From assembly GCF_028289625.1 (NCBI RefSeq), contig NZ_JANQOM010000053.1, forward strand, positions 2,023 to 66,022: a DNA stretch of 64,000 nt, in the 5' to 3' direction. Under the pieces are notes generated by a model. That model was not told the origin of the DNA, searched no databases, and saw only the letters and a program-made list of their open reading frames with translations. Within the stretch, counting starts at the first letter, position 1. Each line of letters starts with the position of its first letter. Position numbers and translations under genes: made by a program. The DNA comes from Winogradskyella sp. (GTDB taxonomy: Bacteria; Bacteroidota; Bacteroidia; Flavobacteriales; Flavobacteriaceae). Shown one piece after another: positions 18,520 to 26,734 of this stretch.

Positions 18520-18665
18520 TATTGTGCGGCAATAGCTATCGCTCTTTATTTGTAAGTTACTTCCCGACTCCACATTGCTCAAATCACTCAAATTCATTAA
18601 CTTTAAATTACGTCGGAAAATGACTCGTGTCCTTTGCTGCGACAAAACCACATACAAACCCTAAT
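18520..18665. repeat. Highly degenerate attC-like remnant
   Basis: contains the 40-bp copy of 17127-17166 and taaattacgtcggaaaat; no clean GTT box. Confidence 0.5.
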
Positions 18666-18679
18666 GTTTAATTTAAGAC

Positions 18680-18802
18680 ATGAGAATATCATTACTTGGG
18701 GCAACAGTAAGAACCGGTAAACTAGTACTGAAACGAGCACTCGAAAAAGGCTATCAAGTGAATTGTCTTGCTCGTAAAATTGAGCGGATTAAAAAAAAGT
18801 AG
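18680..18802 (+). pseudogene. Truncated NAD(P)-binding Rossmann oxidoreductase
   Basis: MRISLLGATVRTGKLVLKRALEKGYQVNCLAR (GATGxTG motif with G>V); stops after 40 aa in an A-run. Confidence 0.7.
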
Positions 18803-18829
18803 TGATATCAAAAGCATAAACACTAATAA

Positions 18830-19011
18830 AACTACTAGCAAAACCGTCCAAGTCGCATTGCATTAAGTCGCTAAGACATGGAAAAATTCTCACATAAATT
18901 TACTATCTTTAACACATAGAAAATCGAGCAATCAGCTTGTGTCTTCCTTTAAGAAATCCAGCCTACCTCGCGGCTATTTTTCCATTGTAGAACAGACACA
19001 ATCCATTAGCA
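18830..19011. repeat. Highly degenerate attC-like remnant
   Basis: tttactatcttta box and acacaatcc-ATTagca end resemble the intact elements. Confidence 0.4.
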
Positions 19012-19029
19012 TACATTAAAAATTGATTT

Positions 19030-19905
19030 ATGAAAAAAGAAATAAGCCTTTTAGTCTTTAGCATCCTAATATTGACCTTTTCATGTTCATCTGATGATGA
19101 CTCGAACGATGGTGGAGATACAATAAATCCCATAAAATTAATTCAAAGCCTCTCTTTTGATGATGAAACAAACGTTGATAGCCTGTTCTATGACAACAAC
19201 AATAGATTGATCTTAAAGAAAGAATATCTAGACGTCGGACAATTGGACTATGACACACACTATGAATACGATTCTGCCAATAATTTGATAAGAACATATA
19301 GAATCCATTCTACTTCTGTTACACCAAGTGGAGAAGTGAATTATACTTATGATACAAATGGTAATTTATTATCTCGGGTTTACTCCACGTTTGGGTCAAC
19401 CCAAGAATACCTCTTTGAATATGAAGCTAATGTTATTATCGTTAATAGAAATCAGGAAGATGAAGTTAGAATCAACTTATCATCTGGCAATAGAATACAA
19501 TCTGTGGAAAGAAAAAATGCCAGTAATCAATTTTTCGTATACAAAGAATACATCTATGATGGTAACAACATCACAGAAGTGAGAATAAATGAAGGCTCGG
19601 AAGTTATTTCTTTTGTTTTCGAATTTGATAACAACAACTTTCCTTTCTCGGTTTTTGATTTCGACTTGCCAAATGGCCTAAGTATAAAAAGAATTGAGGA
19701 GGCTATTCTGTTTTCCAATTATCCTTTTATTACAATTGGAGATGGCGATAATTATTTTGGGTTTTTAAACGAAAATAATGTTATTTCTTGCTCTGGCAGT
19801 GGTTCTAGTAACTACAGTTATAGTTACGATTCTGAAGGTTATCCTGTGCAAATCACCTATGATTTTTTGTTTATCCCTAGCAGCCTAATTGTAACATATT
19901 ATTAA
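19030..19905 (+). CDS. Hypothetical lipoprotein with YD-like repeats
   Basis: FSCSSDDD lipoprotein signal; repeated YEYD/YTYD/YSYD. Confidence 0.75.
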   Translation: MKKEISLLVFSILILTFSCSSDDDSNDGGDTINPIKLIQSLSFDDETNVDSLFYDNNNRLILKKEYLDVGQLDYDTHYEYDSANNLIRTYRIHSTSVTPSGEVNYTYDTNGNLLSRVYSTFGSTQEYLFEYEANVIIVNRNQEDEVRINLSSGNRIQSVERKNASNQFFVYKEYIYDGNNITEVRINEGSEVISFVFEFDNNNFPFSVFDFDLPNGLSIKRIEEAILFSNYPFITIGDGDNYFGFLNENNVISCSGSGSSNYSYSYDSEGYPVQITYDFLFIPSSLIVTYY

Positions 19906-20055
19906 AATAATTTTTATTGATCATAGTTATAGTAGCCTCTCTATAATGCTTAGCTGATATCACTAAAATTAATTAACTTGAAACTGTAAGTAAAGACCTT
20001 TAACAAGGTAAAAATCGTATGTGCTAAGTGTTATTTTAGCTTTAATTTACACTAT

Positions 20056-20220
20056 ATGAAAAAGATTTACATCTTGAGTGCCATCATAATGGTTGTCCTT
20101 GCTGTTGCAATTACCTATTTAGGTTTACAGCGCGATCATATTTTTAATCCACCCGTAATTACAGGAGTAGGATTTTTGGTAATTGCAATTGTCTTTATGG
20201 TTGCTGGAAATAAAAAATGA
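20056..20220 (+). CDS. 54-aa two-TM small protein (not in ORF track)
   Basis: MKKIYILSAIIMVVLAVAITYLGLQRDHIFNPPVITGVGFLVIAIVFMVAGNKK. Confidence 0.6.
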   Translation: MKKIYILSAIIMVVLAVAITYLGLQRDHIFNPPVITGVGFLVIAIVFMVAGNKK

Positions 20221-20296
20221 ACGCAATGCTGTAACCGAGTTACATTTTGGAAATGGTAAGGGAATAAGAAATGGCTTATGAAAAAATAATCATAAA

Positions 20297-21433
20297 ATGA
20301 AACCAATGAATATTTGCTTGTTGATGATTTTAACCCTGATGTCCACCTATAATGAGGACGAACAATCGAATACTACAGAAGTAGATGTTCTTTACATAAT
20401 GCCCGAAGAGAGCGAGCCTCATGAAGGCACTTGGTTGCAATGGCCGCATCACTATCAATATGGTATAGAATATCGAAATAGTTTAGACCCAACTTGGGTA
20501 GATATGACTCAAGCTTTAGTGAGTAGTGAAAACGTTCATATTGTCGCCTATAATGATACAGAAAAGAATAGAATTATTGGATTGTTGACCTCTGCAGGAA
20601 TACCTTTAGATCGTATAGATTTCAAAATTCACAGAACGGACGATGTTTGGGTGAGAGACAATGGACCAATCTATACCAAAGATTTAGCTGGCAATGTAGT
20701 TATACAAGATTGGGGGTTTAATGGCTGGGGAGAAAAAATTGACGCCGTCTCTGGCTTTCCTATAGAATTCGAAAACTGTGATGCTATCCCTACTAAAATC
20801 GGCGAAAGCCAAGGTATAAGCGTCATTGATTTAAATAACACAATGATTAATGAAGGAGGTAGTGTAGTGATAGACGGTAATGGTACCTTAATGGCCTGCA
20901 AAAGTTCTATTTTAAATGCTAACCGTAATCCTGAGATGACCCAAAAAGAGGCAGAACATATATTTAAAACATATCTTGGCGCGACGCATTTTATTTGGCT
21001 AGACGGCCAGGCAGGTCTAGAATTAACGGACCAGCATATTGATGGATTTGCCATTTTTGGAAACGCTACGACCATTGTTACGATGAATGAAAATGACCTC
21101 TTGGAGTATGATGTGCTTCAAAGTGATATTGATAAACTTTATGAAGCCACAAATAAGAACGGAGAGGCTTATAACTTTGTACAGGTCCCTTTAACCCAGA
21201 ATACCGTTAAAAAGACAGATGGAACAGACTTAGGCTATAAAGGCTCTTACGTCAACTATTATATTGCAAACAACAGCGTATTAGTTCCTAATTATAATGA
21301 TTCTAACGACGTTGTTGCCAATGAGATCATACAAACACTATACCCCACAAGAACCGTGGTAGGTATAGACGTAAGAAATCTATACGAAAATGGTGGCATG
21401 GTACATTGTGTAACACAGCAACAACCTCAATAG
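20297..21433 (+). CDS. Agmatine/peptidylarginine deiminase family protein
   Basis: MPEESEPH..WLQWP, WVRDNGP, EGG, HIDG, SYVNY, GGMVHCVTQQQP. Confidence 0.92.
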   Translation: MKPMNICLLMILTLMSTYNEDEQSNTTEVDVLYIMPEESEPHEGTWLQWPHHYQYGIEYRNSLDPTWVDMTQALVSSENVHIVAYNDTEKNRIIGLLTSAGIPLDRIDFKIHRTDDVWVRDNGPIYTKDLAGNVVIQDWGFNGWGEKIDAVSGFPIEFENCDAIPTKIGESQGISVIDLNNTMINEGGSVVIDGNGTLMACKSSILNANRNPEMTQKEAEHIFKTYLGATHFIWLDGQAGLELTDQHIDGFAIFGNATTIVTMNENDLLEYDVLQSDIDKLYEATNKNGEAYNFVQVPLTQNTVKKTDGTDLGYKGSYVNYYIANNSVLVPNYNDSNDVVANEIIQTLYPTRTVVGIDVRNLYENGGMVHCVTQQQPQ

Positions 21434-21524
21434 CATTGCTGGTAGACCATAGAATAAGTTTTTCTTTAAGCGTAAGTTTATGATTAAGAAACTTTTATGG
21501 ATTTACTTTATTAGTAGTAGTTCA

Positions 21525-22637
21525 CTATTCAAGATTTTTTAATCTAAAATTCCTATTAGCATTAAATATATTACCTAATGCTAATCTAATATTTAAGTAT
21601 TGACCATCAAGTTGTGTACCTCCACGGTTTCGGTAATCTACCCAATTATATCTAAGGTGAAGTCCCAAATATGCACCACTTTTTCCATATCTATATTTAA
21701 AAACCAATCCAATATTTGAATTAAAACTAGGTAAATTCTTTCCGTCATCGTCATCATCCTCATCAGTACTTAAGGCAACGATACTTTCGTAGGCAATACC
21801 AGGTGAAATCCCTAAATTTATTTTTCTGGAATTAAAAAAATCGTACGTATATTCTGCACCGAAGTATATACCAGTCCATGTGTCGTCTGTTATTAAATCT
21901 CCTTGGTAAACAAATGAATACTCTTCCGCCGAAGACCCTATTCTAATATCAAAAACAACGTCGATTGTGTGTTTTAGTGTTTTTCCCCCTAAAATTCCTC
22001 CAATGTGCGGTCTTGTACCAAAGACTGAAATATTACCATAGTTTAAGATGGCACCACCTATATATGCAAAGTGCAGTTCCCACATACGGAGTGTTTTGCC
22101 ATAAACTGTACTGTGCAAGCCTTTTAGCTTGCTGTAATAAGGTGCTCGTTTTATTTTGTCAAAAGAAGGGTTTTCATTTGCATAAAAATCTATCAATAAT
22201 TGCTCATCTAGAGAACCAGAATTAGAATCTTTCGCAATTTTTTGTGTTAAACTATCAATTGAATTAATTTTTTGGTAATAGCTGTTCTCTAAAGGTATTG
22301 AGTCATTTTTATTGTTTATTGAGCCTCTATAAAACAAAAGCGCTTCTATTGTAGATTCTGAAATTGATGTGGGCGAAAATCTATTTCCGTTTATGTCGAG
22401 AATAGTCCGCAATCGATCAATAGCCTCAATGTTCCCACATTTTGACTGCCAATAATCCAAGAAGTCATAAATCTTTATCATTTCATTATTGGCATACAAA
22501 TCCCCTATGATTGAAGATGCGCTATAGGTCACATCCCTACAGTCTATAGCCCTGTTACTAGAAATCATATCATCAAAGGATTGTCCCACGGAAATTGTAA
22601 AAAAGAATAATAGGATAAATGCGTAATAGTATTTCAT
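21525..22637 (-). CDS. Hypothetical exported protein with probable C-terminal beta-barrel
   Basis: signal peptide; amphipathic beta strands in the C-terminal half. Confidence 0.65.
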   Translation of the reverse strand: MKYYYAFILLFFFTISVGQSFDDMISSNRAIDCRDVTYSASSIIGDLYANNEMIKIYDFLDYWQSKCGNIEAIDRLRTILDINGNRFSPTSISESTIEALLFYRGSINNKNDSIPLENSYYQKINSIDSLTQKIAKDSNSGSLDEQLLIDFYANENPSFDKIKRAPYYSKLKGLHSTVYGKTLRMWELHFAYIGGAILNYGNISVFGTRPHIGGILGGKTLKHTIDVVFDIRIGSSAEEYSFVYQGDLITDDTWTGIYFGAEYTYDFFNSRKINLGISPGIAYESIVALSTDEDDDDDGKNLPSFNSNIGLVFKYRYGKSGAYLGLHLRYNWVDYRNRGGTQLDGQYLNIRLALGNIFNANRNFRLKNLE

Positions 22638-23153
22638 GTGGAATCAATTCTAAGATCTAGGACATAAATAATAATGTTTGGTTAATTGCGTCATTTTCTA
22701 AGAATTTATTGACAGAATAATCTACAAAATCCATTTTTGTCGAAGTCCCTATAAATATAAAGCTATTCCATTCTATTTTGGCATTAATAAAGTAAAATAT
22801 ATTATAGGAATGGTTAATTTTACAGGTATTGTGCTCCATAAGCCACCGAACTCATAATGAAGATATAATTTTAGGATATGGTTCTGAGATGGTTAAAGAA
22901 TTTAAAAAAGCGAAACAAAACTACTTACAACAATAGTTCATTATTGCTAATCTCAATAATTATCTAGACGATGTGGAAATTAATTTTCCCGTTCACTTCT
23001 TTTGTGTACTAATTGGAATCTCAAACCTTTTTACTAAATTGAAGTTCTAATTTTTTTTGCTTCTCACACCTATATGGAAGATATTATTTTCTTAAAATTT
23101 TGAATAACTAACTGTAAAAAAGATATTGTCATCAACTTAAAAAACAAATCAAA

Positions 23154-23633
23154 ATGAAAATTGCTACTGCAGATATTTGGGATGATTACATGGCAGATGT
23201 AAAACTGTTAAATGTAGAGCTAAAAAATTACGGGAAGAAAACAGCCTTTTATGGAGAAATCGTTACTCTTAAGCTATACGAAGACAATTCCATTCTAAGG
23301 AAAACCTTGGAAGAAAAAGGGGTTGGAAAAGTTTTGGTCGTTGATGGTGGTGGTTCTAAAAGATGTGCACTACTTGGAGATAATATTGCGACATTAGCCA
23401 TAGAAAATGGTTGGGCGGGGATTATTATATATGGTTGCATTAGAGACTCTAAAGTCATAAAGACATTGGATATCGGTGTAAAAGCCATAGGAACTTGCCC
23501 AGTAAAAAGTGCAAAAAGAAATGTTGGTTTAAAAGGTGAAACACTTTTAATACAGGGAACCGAAATAGTTCATGGCGGCTATATATATTCTGATGAAGAC
23601 GGAGTTTTACTTTCGAGAAAAAAATTGTTGTAG
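23154..23633 (+). CDS. rraA: RraA family protein (RNase E regulator / HMG aldolase-like)
   Basis: TADIWD, EDNS, VLVVDGGGS, ALLGD, GCIRD, DEDG. Confidence 0.9.
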   Translation: MKIATADIWDDYMADVKLLNVELKNYGKKTAFYGEIVTLKLYEDNSILRKTLEEKGVGKVLVVDGGGSKRCALLGDNIATLAIENGWAGIIIYGCIRDSKVIKTLDIGVKAIGTCPVKSAKRNVGLKGETLLIQGTEIVHGGYIYSDEDGVLLSRKKLL

Positions 23634-23732
23634 CTCCTTATTTAAAATTGAAAATGTATAAACCATCCTTATGTCCTAAGAATTCATGCACAAAACCCAC
23701 TTAATCAGAATTAATCTTAAGAGAATATCGCA

Positions 23733-24446
23733 ATGAACAAAATAGTTGTTATAGCTGCCTTGTTTCTATGTCTAGGATGTCACAATAACCATCACGAAAC
23801 AGCTACAGACCAATTAAAAGAACACAGTGATAAACACCATGGAGATAAACATGCGAAGAAGCATGGCCCAGCTAATGAGTTTATGCACCAAACTCCCGTA
23901 AAGGATTTAATTGAACGGTTCGAATCGCCTGAAAGAGATGATTATCAAAAACCTGAAAAAGTATTGAATTATTTAGGTGATTTACAAGGATACAAAATAA
24001 TGGATATTGGTGCTGGTTCTGGCTACTTTTCCGTGAAGTTGGCAGAAAAAGGAGCAACAGTTATTGCTGCCGACGTGGATGACGAATTCCTAAATTTTAT
24101 ACAAGACCGAATCGACACTGATAATTTAAAGCATATAGAAACTCGCAAAATACCTTACAACTCCCCTAACCTTAAAGAAAGTGAAGTCGATATGGTACTA
24201 ATAGTTAACACCTACCACCATATAGAAAATAGAAGCGATTATTTTTCAAAAGTAAAAATGGGAACCAAAGAGGATGGAGAATTGGTAATTATTGATTTCT
24301 TTAAGACAGAAGCGCCTGTGGGTCCACCAGCCAATCACAAAATATCTATTGATGTTGTAATAGCAGAGCTAAAAGAAGCAGGCTATACCAACTTTGTGGT
24401 TAATGTGGATTTATTACCCTATCAGTATATCATTAAAGCCAAGTAA
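23733..24446 (+). CDS. Class I SAM-dependent methyltransferase with lipoprotein signal and His-rich linker
   Basis: DIGAGSGYF motif I; ERDDYQKP; NTYHHI. Confidence 0.85.
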   Translation: MNKIVVIAALFLCLGCHNNHHETATDQLKEHSDKHHGDKHAKKHGPANEFMHQTPVKDLIERFESPERDDYQKPEKVLNYLGDLQGYKIMDIGAGSGYFSVKLAEKGATVIAADVDDEFLNFIQDRIDTDNLKHIETRKIPYNSPNLKESEVDMVLIVNTYHHIENRSDYFSKVKMGTKEDGELVIIDFFKTEAPVGPPANHKISIDVVIAELKEAGYTNFVVNVDLLPYQYIIKAK

Positions 24447-24510
24447 AGAAAAGGCAAATTTCAGCAATTTAATCTTATGGTATATTAAGAACAATTACTA
24501 CTGAAAATAC

Positions 24511-25269
24511 CTAATAACTCTTCAAGGTGAAGCCAAAGGTTAAAAATTGGTCTTCGCGTTTTTGGCCTTCTACAACAATACTCTCAAAGGTATGAAGGTA
24601 ATTAATCTTAAAGTTGAGGAACTTCCAAATAGGGAATTCAAGACCAAAATCGGCTTGCCAACGGTAATTGTTAGTTTCCTCTAAAGACGGTTGTATATAA
24701 CTTTCGTGGGTAATGATGACTTTTTCTTTAAAGAGGTGGTATTTACCGTTCACCCAAACCGTACCACGGAAGGTGTTAATTTCGTCACTACTATCGTAAT
24801 CATCGATATTAAAATCGGTATTATCAAAATTGGTTTGTTCGTACTCACTAGTGAGCGAAAACTTGAGCCAGTTTTTATTCTTTTTATAAGCTTGCCAAGT
24901 AAATCCAGCTCCTATCAACGATCGCGAGCTGATTTCTCGTCTAAAATTGGTACTTAAAAAGCCTAAAATCTGTGGATAAATTTTTTTCTCAGGATTGAAA
25001 TATAAAAAGTTGAGGCTTAAAAAATCGGCATCTGCCTTTTCTTTACCAAACTCTTGGTAGACATACGAGTTTTGGGTCTTCACCACCCATTTTTTCCAAG
25101 GCTTATACGTGACACCAGATTTAGCTCTAAAAATTAAGGTTTCTACATTACCACCTTGCCAAAAACCGGTTAAGGATAAATCGGCTTTAATCTTTAGCGA
25201 ATCACTTTCATTGATTTGTGCCGACAACAACAGAGGGAACCACAATAAAATGCATACTATCTTTTTCAT
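24511..25269 (-). CDS. DUF481 family outer-membrane beta-barrel protein
   Basis: signal peptide; GGNVET; amphipathic strands. Confidence 0.7.
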   Translation of the reverse strand: MKKIVCILLWFPLLLSAQINESDSLKIKADLSLTGFWQGGNVETLIFRAKSGVTYKPWKKWVVKTQNSYVYQEFGKEKADADFLSLNFLYFNPEKKIYPQILGFLSTNFRREISSRSLIGAGFTWQAYKKNKNWLKFSLTSEYEQTNFDNTDFNIDDYDSSDEINTFRGTVWVNGKYHLFKEKVIITHESYIQPSLEETNNYRWQADFGLEFPIWKFLNFKINYLHTFESIVVEGQKREDQFLTFGFTLKSY

Positions 25270-25380
25270 GCCACAGTAACTGAAATTATACTTCCAAATA
25301 CAATGCGAAGATATTTAATTGCCAAGGATTACCCTTAAATGGCCTTAAAATTTTACGATAACGTTTTCTTTAGAGGGAGA

Positions 25381-26619
25381 TTAAGGTTTGCCCTCATTTA
25401 ATAACTCAGCCACGAAGTTTTCAAATTCGGTTTTAAACTCAGTGTATTTTTCTCCAGTAGCCGGACCATTAAAACCAGTGTGTATTTTACGAACCTTTCC
25501 CTTTTTATCAATAAAAATGGAGGTTGGGTATGATAACACATGATTCAACATCGGCAATTTTTCCTGAGCCTTGGTTTTATTCGAGGTGCCAAACTGTGCC
25601 AAAAGTATTGGGTAGTCAATACCAATTTTAGATTGTAAACGGTTAATACGGCTATATGCGGTTTCCTTATCCTTGGCATATTCAAAGGCCAAGGCAATAA
25701 ACTCAACATCCTTACCCTTGTTCTTTTGGTAATAATCAGCGTAGTATTTGCTTTCATCCAAACAGTTTGGGCACCAAGTGCCCATAATCTGTACAATGAC
25801 CACTTTGTCTTTAAATCGATAGTCCTTTAGGCTTACCATTTCATCAGACGTATTAGGGAATGTGAAATCAATACTATCGTAACCTTCCTTTAAAAAGGTA
25901 AGTTCATTAGCACTAGGCAATTCATAATTTTCATTGCGTTTGCCTACAAAAGGTTCTTTCCAGTGATTCCCAGAATAAAAAGTACCTTCCATAGTGGAAT
26001 CGCTTACTTTTGCCGTGAATAAAAAAGCATGTGCACCATCGAAGGTGGAAAGTTTCATAGTATCACCATCCATTACACCTTCAAGATAACGGTAATCACC
26101 AGTTGTGGTTCTAAAAGTACCCGTAACTTTTTCACCTTGTTGCTCAAATATCCCTTTAGCGATATATTCATCACCTTCAATACCTTGACTAAATACAGTT
26201 TCCCAAACTCCCGAGACATCAAATTCTGGCTTTGTAGATGCTTCAAATCGAAGTGCAGGGCTAGGTCTACCATATTCAGCAAAAAACGGCACTACGCGAT
26301 CTAAGCTTTCTTTAATAAAGCTTCCCTTTAGGTTATCACCATGAAATGTAGCTGCTATATAACCTTCAAATACTGGTGTAGTAATAAAAATTGAATCGTT
26401 ACGATATTCAATTTCGTCCACCTCTATGACTTCTTCGGCATTAAATATTTTTAACTTGTTTTCTGATTCTACTTCAAAAACAAAGGGTAATTCTTCATTA
26501 TCTTGAACTTCTAAAACAGCTCGGTAAGTTCCAACTTTTAACTTATTCGCTTTAGCTGTTTCATTTTTACAAGAAATCGCAATCAACACAACCAAAAGAC
26601 CTAAAAAATATCGCATCAT
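25381..26619 (-). CDS. TlpA-family thiol-disulfide oxidoreductase lipoprotein
   Basis: GTWCPNC motif; lipobox AISC. Confidence 0.88.
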   Translation of the reverse strand: MMRYFLGLLVVLIAISCKNETAKANKLKVGTYRAVLEVQDNEELPFVFEVESENKLKIFNAEEVIEVDEIEYRNDSIFITTPVFEGYIAATFHGDNLKGSFIKESLDRVVPFFAEYGRPSPALRFEASTKPEFDVSGVWETVFSQGIEGDEYIAKGIFEQQGEKVTGTFRTTTGDYRYLEGVMDGDTMKLSTFDGAHAFLFTAKVSDSTMEGTFYSGNHWKEPFVGKRNENYELPSANELTFLKEGYDSIDFTFPNTSDEMVSLKDYRFKDKVVIVQIMGTWCPNCLDESKYYADYYQKNKGKDVEFIALAFEYAKDKETAYSRINRLQSKIGIDYPILLAQFGTSNKTKAQEKLPMLNHVLSYPTSIFIDKKGKVRKIHTGFNGPATGEKYTEFKTEFENFVAELLNEGKP

Positions 26620-26705
26620 AATATGGGTTTGTATGAAGTTCGAAATAACAACATTTACCTTACATAAAAAAGCAAAGCTTCATTTCATTTAGCGACAAGT
26701 ATTTT

Positions 26706-26713
26706 TATCTTTG
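26706..26713 (+). promoter_or_regulatory. Bacteroidota sigma-A -7 box for pheT
   Basis: TATCTTTG matches TAnnTTTG, 21 bp before the ATG. Confidence 0.65.
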
Positions 26714-26734
26714 TAGCTTCATTGAACTGAAATT

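Larger units (their letters stand above)
20..19011 (+). mobile_element. Integron-like gene-cassette array (attC-like sites, no integrase in window); probably continues left of the window
   Basis: ~19 AAC...GTT-bounded palindromic elements between co-oriented unrelated ORFs; cassette-specific inverted repeats flank each gene unit. Confidence 0.8.

Noticed and set aside
18445..18657. 70-aa minus-strand ORF
   Set aside because: Runs through a degenerate repeat and a pseudogene relic, opposite to array polarity.
20..19011. CRISPR array interpretation of the recurring repeats
   Set aside because: Repeats are 58-200 bp and divergent, the intervals are whole genes, and no cas genes are present.
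20..19011. Elements as simple terminators, REPs or MITEs
   Set aside because: No T-tails or target-site duplications, mismatches disfavour top-strand folding, and these models do not explain complementarity across each gene.
22657..23040. Short ORFs in the AT-rich gap before rraA
   Set aside because: No recognisable motifs or cassette boxes; cannot be supported.
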